Of a stretch of DNA of 64,000 nucleotides, positions 28,781 through 39,900 are shown piece after piece. A program made the translations under genes and the position numbers. The stretch is from an uncultured archaeon (GTDB taxonomy: Archaea; Thermoproteota; Bathyarchaeia; Bathyarchaeales; Bathycorpusculaceae), in the NCBI GenBank assembly GCA_963810275.1, contig CAWENF010000004.1, positions 1-64,000 on the forward strand, in the 5' to 3' direction. Each line of letters begins with the position of its first letter. Position 1 is the first letter of the stretch. The notes beneath the pieces are model-generated. The model had not been told where the DNA came from. It did not search any database and saw only the letters and a list, made by a program, of their open reading frames with translations.

Positions 28781-29548
28781 ATGCATAAGCTATATTTCCC
28801 TAAAAAGCCAGTTAGGCTTGGGATACCGCTTGAGAGGCAAACACTGGTGAAAGAGCTTTCGATTCTGCTGCCCGCCTACAACGAAGCTACACAGATACAG
28901 CTGTGCATCCGCCAAGTCCAAGCACATGTCAGCCAGTTCTGCGACAGCTTCGAAATCGTGGTTTCCGAAGACGGCAGCTCTGATGGCACAGACAGGATTG
29001 TTGCCAAATTAGCCCAAACTGACCCGACACTGGTGCTTTTGCATTCGCCTAACCGCCTTGGCAAAGGTAGAGCCATAAAAAACGCCGTTGATGCCGCCAA
29101 GGGTAGAATTGTTGCTTTTATGGATGTCGATCTGGCCACCGACCTCGATTGTTTGCCCAAACTCTATGATGTGGTCTTGCAGACGGGGGGCATGGCAATT
29201 GGTAGTCGCCACGTCAAAGGTGCCCAGGTACAGCGTCACGCTACTCGCACGCTGTTTAGCTTAACTTTTAATTTGTTTGTGCGTATCCTCTTTTTCGATG
29301 GCGTACGTGACCATCAGTGCGGCTTCAAAATCATGAAAAGGAGCGTAGCCAAAGCGGTTTTGGACAAGTCGAAATCTGATGGCTACTTTTTTGACACAGA
29401 AATGATAATCTTGTGCAAGAAATTGGGCTACCCCGTCACCGAAGTCCCAGTAGTTTGGACAGAGAAAAACAAGGGCTCCAAAGTCAACCCCTACCGCGAC
29501 AGCACTAAAATACTGCGTGACATGGTGCGTTTCCGGTTTAGCCTTTAA
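28781..29548 (+). CDS. GT2 dolichyl-phosphate hexose transferase-like
   Basis: LPAYNE, EDGSSDGT, GKGRA, FMDVD, DHQCGFK, FDTE. Confidence 0.9.
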   Translation: MHKLYFPKKPVRLGIPLERQTLVKELSILLPAYNEATQIQLCIRQVQAHVSQFCDSFEIVVSEDGSSDGTDRIVAKLAQTDPTLVLLHSPNRLGKGRAIKNAVDAAKGRIVAFMDVDLATDLDCLPKLYDVVLQTGGMAIGSRHVKGAQVQRHATRTLFSLTFNLFVRILFFDGVRDHQCGFKIMKRSVAKAVLDKSKSDGYFFDTEMIILCKKLGYPVTEVPVVWTEKNKGSKVNPYRDSTKILRDMVRFRFSL

Positions 29549-30228
29549 AGACTGCGGCTTCTAAACTTTTTTAGCATACGGCTAAACCGCTGAACCTGCT
29601 GCTGGGCATTCAAAAAATACGGCACAGCACCACCATGCGCAGAACATTTTCCTTCAACAATGGCTCTTGCGATGGCGTCCAAGGTTGGCTCTTCTGCGTT
29701 AATTTCTGTGTAGCCGCACCCAATTTGCGGACCATAATGCGCATCGGTTCCACCGATCCTTGACAAACCAAACCGCTGCGCCGCCTCCTCAGCTTTCCGA
29801 ACGCTTCTTTTGAACGGAAAGGCTCGGGCGTTTATGGTTTCAATTGCGTCAAAGTCGTTGCTGACGTTTTCGCGAAGACAGCCTTTGAAGTAAACGTAGG
29901 GGTGGCATGCTATGGCGATTCCACCTGCCTTGTGAATACGCTTTACGGTTTCGGAGGCGCTTAAGCCTCGTGGGATGGGTTCGGAGATGTTTAGGGCGAC
30001 TATGTGGCCGTCTGCGCTGGAAACCTCCATGCCGGGGATAATCAAAAAGTCTGTTTCTTGGGCGATTTTGTATGCACCCGCAAGATAGTTGTGGTCTGTG
30101 ACCGCTACGGCGTTTAAGCCTCGGCGTTTAGAATAAAAAACAAGGTCTTTGGGTGTGATTATGCTGTCGCTGGAGTAGGTCGTGTGAACATGGAGGTCAG
30201 CTCTAATCAGCAACGCAGCTTTCCTCAC
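29545..30228 (-). CDS. PHP domain metallohydrolase
   Basis: DLHVHT, VTDHN, GMEVS..GH, ACHPY, GGTDAH. Confidence 0.9.
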   Translation of the reverse strand: MRKAALLIRADLHVHTTYSSDSIITPKDLVFYSKRRGLNAVAVTDHNYLAGAYKIAQETDFLIIPGMEVSSADGHIVALNISEPIPRGLSASETVKRIHKAGGIAIACHPYVYFKGCLRENVSNDFDAIETINARAFPFKRSVRKAEEAAQRFGLSRIGGTDAHYGPQIGCGYTEINAEEPTLDAIARAIVEGKCSAHGGAVPYFLNAQQQVQRFSRMLKKFRSRSL

Positions 30229-31931
30229 TTGCAGAGTTTCTCTCGAACCTTGGCGAGTTGCTCATCAAGTTGGTTGTCGTCTAAATCAATTTTCTTGAAC
30301 ATTGGTTGGGGCTTTTGGATTTTGTGTCCTGCCTCAACCGGTACCAGTGCGTCGCTCCACTTCTGCTGCTCAACATTGCCCTCTAAGTTCAGCATCTCCC
30401 AAAGCTGCTGAGCTGTCCTTGGCATAAACGGCGCTGAAACCACCACTATCGCTTTAACAACCTGTGCCGCCACGTAGAAAACAGTGCCTGCTTTTTCCCT
30501 GTCGGTTTTCATGAGGTTCCAAGGCTCCTTCGTATTGAGGTACTGGTTCCCAGTGCGGCTAATCGCAATGAGTGTGTTGGCTGCGGATTGAAGCCAGCCG
30601 TCCTCGATTTGTTTTGCAGACTCTTCAACCCGCACTTTGATGCAGTCTAAGACGGCTTGGTCGTCGGCTTCCATTTTGACTGGTTGGGGGATGGTGGCGT
30701 CGAATTTGCTGTTTATAAACGACAGTGTGCGGTGTATGAAGTTGCCAAAGGTGTCGTTTAGGTCGGCGTTGATTTTTTCTCGGAACATTTCCCACGTAAA
30801 GTTGGTGTCTTTGCTCTCTGGTCTGGTGGCGATTAGGAAGAACCGCCAGTAATCCACTGGGTACATTTCGAGTGCTTCGTCTATCCAGATGCCGACTTTT
30901 TTGCTTTTGGAGGCTTTTTGTCCACGGAACTGGAGGAATTCGGTGGCGGAGACGTTTGTGGGCAAGTTGTAGCCTTCCCCCGACGCCAATAGTAGCGATG
31001 GGAGAATTATTGTGTGGAATGGAATGTTGTCTTTACCCACAAAATACAAGGTCGTGGCGTTTTTATTTAACCAGTAATCTTTCCATTTCTCTGGCTGCCC
31101 AAGCCGCTGCGCCTCCTCGATGGTGGCGGAAATATAACCCATGACTGCCTCAACCCAGACGTAGACGGTTTTGCCCTCAGCGCCAGCGAAGGGCGCAGGG
31201 ATACCCCAGTCAACGTCTCGGGTGACCGCCCGGGGTTTAAGGCCATCTTTAATCCAGTTAAGACTGAAACATTTGACGTTGGAGGGCAGGTGAGGATTAT
31301 TCTCGATGTAATCTATAAGCGGCTTCTCCAGTTTTGATAAGTCAATGTACCAATGCCTTGTGTTTTTCACTACGGGCTTGGTTTTGCATATCGTGCAGTA
31401 AGGCTCAATGAGATTGGTTGGTTCGAGGAGTTTGCCGCAGCTGTCACACTGGTCACCCCGCGCCTTCTCGCACCCGCAGAATGGGCATTTGCCTTCGACG
31501 TAGCGGTCGGGCAAAAAGCGTTGGTCATGCTCGCAATAGAGCATCTGAGTTTCCTCTGAGAAAATGTAGCCGTTACGTTCAATTTTAAGCAGGGTTTTCT
31601 GCACGAATTCCTTGTGCACTGGACTCTCGGTAGATGTGTAATTGTCAAAGCTTGCATCCCATCGCTGGAAGAGGTCGGCTACGCGGGCGTGGTTACGCTC
31701 TGTTAAGGCTTTGGGGGTTATACCTTCTTTTAGGGCGGCGACTTCCATGGGGGTGCCGTGTGTGTCGGAACCGCTGACCATAAATGTGTCTGCGCCGGCG
31801 AGGCGGTAGTAGCGGGCGGTTACGTCAGCGGATAGTACTGAGCCGACTAGGTTACCTAGGTGGGGTATGGCGTTGATGTATGGCCATGCGGATGTGACGA
31901 GGACTTTTTGCGGCAAAGCTGTGTTCTCCAA
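30225..31931 (-). CDS. metG: Methionine--tRNA ligase
   Basis: AWPYINAIPHLGN, Zn knuckles, YVWVEA, GKDNIPFH, KASKS. Confidence 0.96.
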   Translation of the reverse strand: MENTALPQKVLVTSAWPYINAIPHLGNLVGSVLSADVTARYYRLAGADTFMVSGSDTHGTPMEVAALKEGITPKALTERNHARVADLFQRWDASFDNYTSTESPVHKEFVQKTLLKIERNGYIFSEETQMLYCEHDQRFLPDRYVEGKCPFCGCEKARGDQCDSCGKLLEPTNLIEPYCTICKTKPVVKNTRHWYIDLSKLEKPLIDYIENNPHLPSNVKCFSLNWIKDGLKPRAVTRDVDWGIPAPFAGAEGKTVYVWVEAVMGYISATIEEAQRLGQPEKWKDYWLNKNATTLYFVGKDNIPFHTIILPSLLLASGEGYNLPTNVSATEFLQFRGQKASKSKKVGIWIDEALEMYPVDYWRFFLIATRPESKDTNFTWEMFREKINADLNDTFGNFIHRTLSFINSKFDATIPQPVKMEADDQAVLDCIKVRVEESAKQIEDGWLQSAANTLIAISRTGNQYLNTKEPWNLMKTDREKAGTVFYVAAQVVKAIVVVSAPFMPRTAQQLWEMLNLEGNVEQQKWSDALVPVEAGHKIQKPQPMFKKIDLDDNQLDEQLAKVREKLCK

Positions 31932-32040
31932 CCAAATCGGTTGTTGTCGTCCTATTTAAAATCGTTTGAGGCTTGGTTGGTTTTTAGGTTGTTTTGAATA
32001 ATGTCTTTTGCGCCTCCCTATTTTACTATTAATCTGATTT

Positions 32041-32056
32041 TTCTGAATATTCAGAA
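32041..32056. promoter_or_regulatory. Perfect 16-bp palindrome (putative operator)
   Basis: TTCTGAATATTCAGAA lies immediately upstream of a TTTATTT box. Confidence 0.6.
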
Positions 32057-32102
32057 GAGTTTATTTGTGCTCCAGTCCTTTATACCCAACTGTGACCCAG
32101 AA

Positions 32103-32360
32103 ATGTCTTGTTGTGGAGACGACACTTGCAGAATAGACTCAGTAATTACAATGGACCAAAAAGGTCAAATCGTCTTACCAAAAGACCTGCGAGAAAAAGC
32201 CAACATCAAACCCAACGAAAAACTCGCAGTAGTAGCCTGCGAAACAAACGGTGAAGTCTGCTGCATCACCCTCATAAAAGCAGACCGCTTAGTTGGCGCC
32301 GTCACCAAAACACTAAGACCCCTCCTAAAACCCTTAACTCAGAAAGAGGAAAAAACCTAA
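32103..32360 (+). CDS. AbrB-family Cys-rich regulator (HgcAB-associated protein-like)
   Basis: MSCC..CRIDSVITMDQKGQIVLPKDLREKA..GEVCCITLIKAD. Confidence 0.8.
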   Translation: MSCCGDDTCRIDSVITMDQKGQIVLPKDLREKANIKPNEKLAVVACETNGEVCCITLIKADRLVGAVTKTLRPLLKPLTQKEEKT

Positions 32361-33190
32361 TGAAAGACAAAAAAATCAAAAAAATAGTTAGAAACCGATA
32401 CGCCAAAGTAGCAAAAACCAGCTGCTCCTGTTGTGCCTCAAGCATAAGCTGCTGCTCCGCCCCATCTACAGGCGCACAAGTAAGCAAACTTGTAGGCTAT
32501 AGCCAAGAAGAAATGAATTCAGTTCCAGAAGGCGCCAACTTAGGGCTAGGATGCGGTAACCCAACTGCCGTGGTATCGCTCAAACTGGGTGAAAGAGTCC
32601 TCGATTTAGGCTCTGGTGCGGGTTTCGACTGCTTTTTGGCAGCAAAAAAAGTTGGCGAGCAAGGCAAAGTGATAGGTGTAGACATGACACCTGAAATGCT
32701 CGATAAAGCCAGAGCAAACGCCGCCAAAGGCAAATATACAAACGTTGAATTTCGCTTGGGCGAAATTGAAAACCTTCCTGCCGCCGACAACTCCGTTGAC
32801 GTCATAATCTCGAACTGCGTAATTAACCTCTCCATAAACAAGAAACGTATTTTCGAGGAGGCCTACCGAGTGTTGGCCACAGATGGTCGATTGATGGTTT
32901 CCGATATTGTATTGTTAAAGCCGCTGCCAGTAGCAATCAAGAATAACGTTGAGGCATACGCTGGGTGCATTGCTGGCGCTGAACTTAAAGACCTCTATCT
33001 AAAGTACATCGCAGACGCAGGGTTTAGTGACGTGGAAGTGCTTGAAGAGAAGACATATCCGCTTGAGTATATAATTAGCGAAGATGCTTTCAAGGGAACT
33101 CTTGACAAATTGGACGTTTCCAAAGAAGAGCTCAAAGCGACTGCTAACTCAATTGTAAGCATCAAAGTTTCAGCATCCAAAAAGCCTTAA
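32360..33190 (+). CDS. arsM: Arsenite S-adenosylmethyltransferase
   Basis: LGLGCGNP, LDLGSGAGFD, ISNCVINLS, GCIAGA, N-terminal CC motifs. Confidence 0.93.
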   Translation: MKDKKIKKIVRNRYAKVAKTSCSCCASSISCCSAPSTGAQVSKLVGYSQEEMNSVPEGANLGLGCGNPTAVVSLKLGERVLDLGSGAGFDCFLAAKKVGEQGKVIGVDMTPEMLDKARANAAKGKYTNVEFRLGEIENLPAADNSVDVIISNCVINLSINKKRIFEEAYRVLATDGRLMVSDIVLLKPLPVAIKNNVEAYAGCIAGAELKDLYLKYIADAGFSDVEVLEEKTYPLEYIISEDAFKGTLDKLDVSKEELKATANSIVSIKVSASKKP

Positions 33191-33594
33191 GCCGATGTGT
33201 AACAAAGCGTTCCCAAAAAACCTAACTTCCAGCGCCATCCGCTGAAACGTCAGTCCAAACACCACCCTGCCCCAAACCCAGACTTCTTTCTGGCGACAAA
33301 ACCTTATCCAATCCTCTTCTAGTTTTCACTCCATTATATTGCTAAATACGTTTTTATTTGACAACAAACTCAAACAAATGTTTAGTGCCCTTGTCTACAT
33401 CTTCAAAGTCCATAAAAACGTTTATATGTATGGTGTGCAGCATCTGTTTGTGCTCTTAGAAAAGTTTGGAGAACCCTTTTTCGACGTTGGCAACCCCAGC
33501 ATCGGAGGAAATGCAGGATTGAAAAACACCCCCCTAAATCAAAATCACAGTATTCATTTTAGTTTCAGGCTAAATTTATGGGAGAACTAAAAAC

Positions 33595-36500
33595 TTGACA
33601 AATACACAAAAAATATCAAAAGACGATGTTCACAATCTACTTAAAACCTTCTTTGCAGAAAAAGGATTAGTCCGCCAGCATCTCGACAGCTATAACGAGT
33701 TCATCGACCATGGACTTCAAGAAGTTGTCGACGAAGTTAACGAAATCCCCATCGAAGTGCCCGAAAGCCCCTACAAAGTTAAACTCGGCCAAATATGGGT
33801 CATTGACCCACAAAGCCGCATCACCGGTCCGTATGCAACCGAAGTAGACGGTACAAAACACGAAATCTACCCTATGGAAGCACGACTAAGAAACTTGGCG
33901 TACTCCGCACCAATCGCGCTTGAAATGACCCCCATCATTGACGGTCGCGAACAAGACACTGAACTAGTATACATCGGAAACATACCCGTTATGCTGAAGA
34001 GCAAACTTTGTTTCCTCAGCCAACTCAGCCGCGAGGAACTCATCGCTGCCGGCGAAGACCCAGATGATCAAGGCGGATACTTCGTCGTCAACGGCTCTGA
34101 ACGCGTTATTGTAGCTATGGAAGACCTTGCACCAAACCGTGTTATCGTCGACATTGACGATAAAGGCACCAGTCCAATTTATCAAGCTAAAATCTTCTCA
34201 ACAACAGTCGGCTTCAGAGCAAGAATCGAGCTCAAACTCAAGTCAGACGACGCAATCTACGTCACTATGCCCGGAGTCCCAACAGAAATCCCGTTCGTCG
34301 TCATCATGCGCGCTCTGAGCATGGAAAAAGACATCGATATCGCCGAAGCCGTATCCCTAGACAGCGACATCCAAGCCCACCTCGGCGCATCCTTCGAAAA
34401 AGCCATCGGCGTCGACACACCCCAAGATGCTATTCTCTTCATCGGCAACCGTGTTGCCCACGGACAAGTTGAAGAATACAGGCTCCAGAAAGCAGAAACC
34501 GCTCTAGACAAAAACTTCTTGCCGCACTTGGGCAGAAGCGACAAAAACCGCCGTGAAAAAGCCATTTTCCTCGGAGAAATGGCATATCGAGTCATCCAAC
34601 TTAAAATGGACAGGCGTACACCAGACGACAAAGACCACTTCAAAAATAAACGTCTAAGACTCGGGGGTCCCCTACTTGCAGACCTTTTCCGTGTTTCCTT
34701 CCGTAACTTGACACGCGACATTAAGTACCAGCTTGAACGAATAGGCGTTAAAGGGCCAATAATCACCGTGTCAGCCGCTGTCCGACCCGGAATAATAACT
34801 GAGCGTTTCCAGCATGCACTCGCCACAGGCAACTGGGGCAGAGGTAGAGTCGGCATTACCCAGCTACTGGACCGCACAAACTACATCTCAACCCTAAGCC
34901 ACCTCAGAAGGCTCCAGTCCCCCCTTTCCAGAAGCCAGCCGAACTTCGAAGCCAGAGACTTACACCCAACTCATTGGGGACGCTTATGCCCCAACGAGAC
35001 ACCTGAAGGCTCAAACTGTGGTCTCGTAAAAAACCTAGCATTATCAGCATCAATCGCCGTCGGAGTAAACCCTGACCGCATCCGCCAGTTGCTCTTCGAA
35101 ATGGGCACAGTCCCAGCATACGAAGCTACCAACGAACTACGCATTAACGGCGCAAAAGTATTCGTCGACGGAAACATCATAGGTTACTGCAACGACCCAC
35201 AGGAAATGGTGCAAAGTTTCCGCCAGAAACGCAGAGCAAACGAAATCTCAACAGAAGTCAACATAACCTATTTTAGCCGCGACCAAACCGAAACTGCGGA
35301 AGTCCACGCAAACTGCGACGAAGGACGCGTCAGACGCCCACTCATCATCGTAGAAAACGGCGTACCAAAACTTCAACCTAAGCACTTCGAGAAAATCGGC
35401 TCAGGCGAATGGACATGGGAAGACGTCATCAAAAACGGCTTAGTCGAGTACCTCGACGCTGAAGAAGAGGAAAACGCCTACATCGCATTAGACTACGGCG
35501 AAATTAAACCCCAAACATCACACTCCGAAATCGCCACATACACAATCCTTGGCATCTGCGCCTCAACAATCCCCTACCCCGAACACAACCAGTCACCACG
35601 TAATTCATACCAATCAGCAATGGCTAAACAGGCCCTTGGTGTGTACGGCACAAACTTCCACCATCGTGTCGACAGCCGCAGTCACATCCTGCACTACCCA
35701 CAAGTCCCCTTGGTGCAAACAGAAAACATGGATGTCATGGGCTACAAACAACGCCCGACAGGTCAAAACTGCGTTGTCGCAGTCTTGAGCTTCGAAGGCT
35801 ACAATATGGAAGATGCTATCATATTCAACAAAGCCTCAATTGAACGCGGACTAGCACGCAGCACATTCTACCGAATCTACGAAGCCGAATGTCGACAATA
35901 CTTCGGCGGACTCAAAGACAAATTCACAGTCCCCGAAGCAGGCACCCGAGGCTACAGAGGCGAACAATACTACCGCCTACTCGAACCAGACGGAATCATC
36001 AGCCTCGAAAGTCAAGTGGTCGGTGGAGATGTCTTAATTGGCAGAATCAGCCCGCCCCGTTTCCTTGAGGAATACAAGGAATTTGAAGTCAAAGGTCCCA
36101 GCATGCGCGACACATCGGTTGACATGCGCCCCAGCGAAACAGGGACCGTAGATGGCATATTTATCACCGAATCAGGCGAAGGTAGCCAACTCGTCAAAGT
36201 CCGAGTCAGAGACCAACGTGTCCCTGAACTGGGTGATAAATTCGCTTCACGTCACGGACAGAAAGGAGTCATCGGCTTAATCGTTCCACAAGAAGACCTT
36301 CCATTCACAGAGGAAGGCATGGTTCCAGACCTAATCATCAATCCACACGCTATTCCTAGCCGTATGACCATCGGGCAGTTCATCGAATCACTTGCAGGCA
36401 AAGCAGCTGCAGCACGGGGAAAACCAGCTGACGGCACACCATTTAGCAACGAAGGACCAGACGAAGTACGCAAAAACCTCGTCAAACTCGGATTCAGCCA

Positions 36501-36969
36501 CACGGGTAGTGAAGTATTCTACAACGGCACATCAGGCGAGAAATTCGTTGCCGACGTCTTCGTAGGTATAGTTTACTACCAGAAACTGCACCACATGGTT
36601 GCAGACAAGATTCACGCCCGCGCTCGTGGTCAAGTACAGATGCTTACACGCCAGCCAACTGAAGGCCGCGCCAGAGGCGGTGGTCTTAGATTCGGAGAAA
36701 TGGAGCGCGACTGCCTCATCGGACACGGTGCAGCTATGCTACTACGCGACAGATTGCTGGAGGAGTCGGACAAATACACACTATACATATGCGAGAACTG
36801 CGGACAAATCGCATACTTTGACATGAAGCAACGCCGCTACGTCTGCAAAATCTGCGACGAAAAAGCCAAGATTGCCCCAGTAATCGTCTCATACGCTTTC
36901 AAGCTTCTCTTACAGGAACTTCAAAGTCTATGTATCACCCCCAAACTAAAACTCAAGGAGAAAGCCTAA
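33595..36969 (+). CDS. rpoB: RNA polymerase subunit B (Rpo2), unsplit
   Basis: GDKFASRHGQKG, YYQKLHHMV, GLRFGEMERD. Confidence 0.99.
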   Translation: MTNTQKISKDDVHNLLKTFFAEKGLVRQHLDSYNEFIDHGLQEVVDEVNEIPIEVPESPYKVKLGQIWVIDPQSRITGPYATEVDGTKHEIYPMEARLRNLAYSAPIALEMTPIIDGREQDTELVYIGNIPVMLKSKLCFLSQLSREELIAAGEDPDDQGGYFVVNGSERVIVAMEDLAPNRVIVDIDDKGTSPIYQAKIFSTTVGFRARIELKLKSDDAIYVTMPGVPTEIPFVVIMRALSMEKDIDIAEAVSLDSDIQAHLGASFEKAIGVDTPQDAILFIGNRVAHGQVEEYRLQKAETALDKNFLPHLGRSDKNRREKAIFLGEMAYRVIQLKMDRRTPDDKDHFKNKRLRLGGPLLADLFRVSFRNLTRDIKYQLERIGVKGPIITVSAAVRPGIITERFQHALATGNWGRGRVGITQLLDRTNYISTLSHLRRLQSPLSRSQPNFEARDLHPTHWGRLCPNETPEGSNCGLVKNLALSASIAVGVNPDRIRQLLFEMGTVPAYEATNELRINGAKVFVDGNIIGYCNDPQEMVQSFRQKRRANEISTEVNITYFSRDQTETAEVHANCDEGRVRRPLIIVENGVPKLQPKHFEKIGSGEWTWEDVIKNGLVEYLDAEEEENAYIALDYGEIKPQTSHSEIATYTILGICASTIPYPEHNQSPRNSYQSAMAKQALGVYGTNFHHRVDSRSHILHYPQVPLVQTENMDVMGYKQRPTGQNCVVAVLSFEGYNMEDAIIFNKASIERGLARSTFYRIYEAECRQYFGGLKDKFTVPEAGTRGYRGEQYYRLLEPDGIISLESQVVGGDVLIGRISPPRFLEEYKEFEVKGPSMRDTSVDMRPSETGTVDGIFITESGEGSQLVKVRVRDQRVPELGDKFASRHGQKGVIGLIVPQEDLPFTEEGMVPDLIINPHAIPSRMTIGQFIESLAGKAAAARGKPADGTPFSNEGPDEVRKNLVKLGFSHTGSEVFYNGTSGEKFVADVFVGIVYYQKLHHMVADKIHARARGQVQMLTRQPTEGRARGGGLRFGEMERDCLIGHGAAMLLRDRLLEESDKYTLYICENCGQIAYFDMKQRRYVCKICDEKAKIAPVIVSYAFKLLLQELQSLCITPKLKLKEKA

Positions 36970-36970
36970 G

Positions 36971-39900
36971 ATGGCACAAACGGAAGAATTAATCCACAAA
37001 GTAGTAGATGAAATCTCGTTCGGCTTAATCTCACCCAAAGACCTCAGAAAACAATCTGTCGTAGAAATCCAAACTCCAGACACTTACGACGAAGACGGCG
37101 CACCCATCACTGCCGGCCTAATGGACGGCAGACTGGGCACACTTGAACCCCGCCAACGTTGCAAAACATGCGGCAACACCGCGATCCGTTGCCCCGGACA
37201 CTTCGGTCATATCGAACTAGCCGTACCAATCGTACACATTGAATTCACTAAAATCATCTTTGACCTCCTCAAATCCACCTGCCGGACGTGCGGACGCATT
37301 CTTCTCAGAGAAGAAGAAGCCAAAAAAGCATGCCAAAAAATTGAAAGATACAACGAGCTTTTGGGTGCAATTCCCGATGAAGTTTACAAAGAAATCATGA
37401 CTGACATCAAAGCCAAACAGTGTCCGTACTGCGCCGCAGCCCAATTCAAAATCACGTTTGAGAAGCCAACTAAATTCATCGAACAGACCGAATCAGGTTC
37501 TGAGCCGCTTACACCAAGCATGATTCGCGAACGCCTTGAACGTATCAGCGATGAAGACTTGGAAGTTTTGGGCTTCAACCCCAAAGTCGCACGGCCTGAG
37601 TGGATGGTTCTTCAGGTTTTGCCTGTTCCGCCAGTATATGTGCGTCCCTCAATCACTCTCGAATCAGGTATCCGTAGTGAGGACGACTTAACTCACAAAC
37701 TGGTTGACATCATCCGCATTAACCAGCGTCTCAAGGAGAACATGGAGGCAGGCGCCCCAACGCTTATCATCCAAGACCTCTCCGAGCTGCTCCAGTACCA
37801 CGTTACCACCTATTTTAACAACGAGGCCTCAGGTATTCCACCTGCACGCCACAGAAGCGGCAGAGCGCTAAAAACGATTAGTCAACGCTTAAAGGGTAAG
37901 GAAGGCCGATTTAGAAGCAATCTTTCAGGCAAACGTGTCGACTTCAGCGCCCGCACTGTAATCTCACCTGACCCTAACTTGGATATTAACGAGGTCGGTG
38001 TCCCCCGCGACGTAGCCATGCGCCTTAGTGTTCCAGAGAAAGTCACAGCTTGGAACCTTGAGGAAATGAAAAAACTCGTCGTCAACGGACCCGAAACCTA
38101 CCCAGGTGCGCTATACATAATTCGCCCAGATGGTAAACGTATTCGCCTCGAATTCGTCGTAGACCGCACAAAAATCGCTGAAGCAGTCGAACTCGGCTTC
38201 GTAGTTGAGCGCCACCTCAAAAACGGCGACATCGCAATCTTCAACCGTCAGCCCTCACTTCACCGCATGTCCATCATGGCCCACTACGTTAGAGTTCTGC
38301 CATACAAGACTTTCCGCATGCACCTCTGCGTCTGCCCACCATACAACGCAGACTTTGACGGCGACGAAATGAACCTCCACGTCCCACAAAGTGAGGAAGC
38401 CCGAACCGAGTCTTTGCTGCTTATGCAGGTGCAAGACCAAATTCTCTCACCTAGATTTGGCGGTCCAATCATCGGCGCCATCAGAGACTTCATTACAGGA
38501 GCATACTATTTCACTAAACGCGGTAACTACCTTACCCGTGGACAAGCTGATCGCATTCTAACAACCACTAGCTACCAAGGTGATTTGCCTGAACCCGAAA
38601 TCAAAGATCCCGAACCTCTTTGGTCAGGTAAACAAATCTTTAGCCTCTTCCTCCCTGAAACCTTGAACTACGTCCTTAAAGCCAATATTTGCCAAGGATG
38701 CAACAAATGCGAAGAAGAACTATGCAAACACGACGCCTATGTGGTCGTCAGAAATGGCCAACTCGTCAGCGGCATTATTGACCGTCGCAGCATCGGTTCA
38801 GAGCAGTCAGAAAGTTTGCTTCACAGAATTATAAAAGACTACGGCACACAGGCAGGCAGAGAATTCCTAAACAACATTACTCATATGCTCAAAACCTTCA
38901 TTTCGTTACGAGGCTTCAGCTACACCTATGACCAACTTGTCCTCTCGCCCCGCGCTCGCAACCGTATGGCAAAAACCATGGAACGAACTCAGAAGAAAAT
39001 CGATGAGCACATCGAAAACTTCCGAAACGGTACCCTGCCACGACTCCCCGGTCAGACCATGGAAGAATCCTTTGAGATTTACGTAATGCATGAGCTATCA
39101 ACCGCTCGTGACGAGTCAGGTAAGATTGCAGATGACGACTTTACTTTAGAGAACGCAGGCATCGTCATGACCCGTACAGGAGCAAGAGGCAGCAGTCTAA
39201 ACATCGGCCAGATGGCGGCTTGTGTCGGTCAGCAGTCAGTCCGTGGCAAACGTATCTTAAGAGGATACGCAGGACGCGCTCTGCCACACTTTGTTGCAAA
39301 CGATCCTCGCCCAAAAGCAAGAGGTTTTGTCTACAACAGTTACCAAACAGGCTTGGACGCAATAGAGTTCTTCTTCCACGCTATGGGTGGCAGGGAAGGT
39401 CTCGTCGACACAGCGGTCCGTACGCAGCAGAGCGGCTACATGCAGCGCAGGCTCATCAACGCACTTGAACACATCAGGCTTGAATACGACAGCACAGTTC
39501 GTGACAGCGCAGGCGACATTATCCAGTTCCGCTACGGCGAAGACGGCGTGGACCCTGCTAAAAGCGATCACGGCAAAGCAGTCAACGTCAGACGACTCAT
39601 TGACCAAGTTCGTTTAGGTGAAGAGAAAGGCGCCGAACCAGCCTCATTTGACTTTGTCAAGAAGCAACTCAAAAGTGTCGAAGGGCAAATTACTCCAATT
39701 CTGCTAGCACAGCTTAAACAGGGCTTCCAAAAATACAAACTCAGCGAGAAAGGCGTTGAGAAAGCCGTTACGATAACTGCCCAGCAGTACAAACGCGCTT
39801 TGATGGAGCCAGGCGAAGCAGTCGGTATCGTCGCAGCTCAATCAATCGGTGAGCCCGGCACTCAGATGACTCTTAGAACTTTCCACTATGCGGGTGTCAA

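Noticed and set aside
33339-33590. 83-aa ORF upstream of rpoB as rpoH
   Set aside because: No RpoH motifs (HxLVPKH, LPxI..DP), and it spans the probable promoter.
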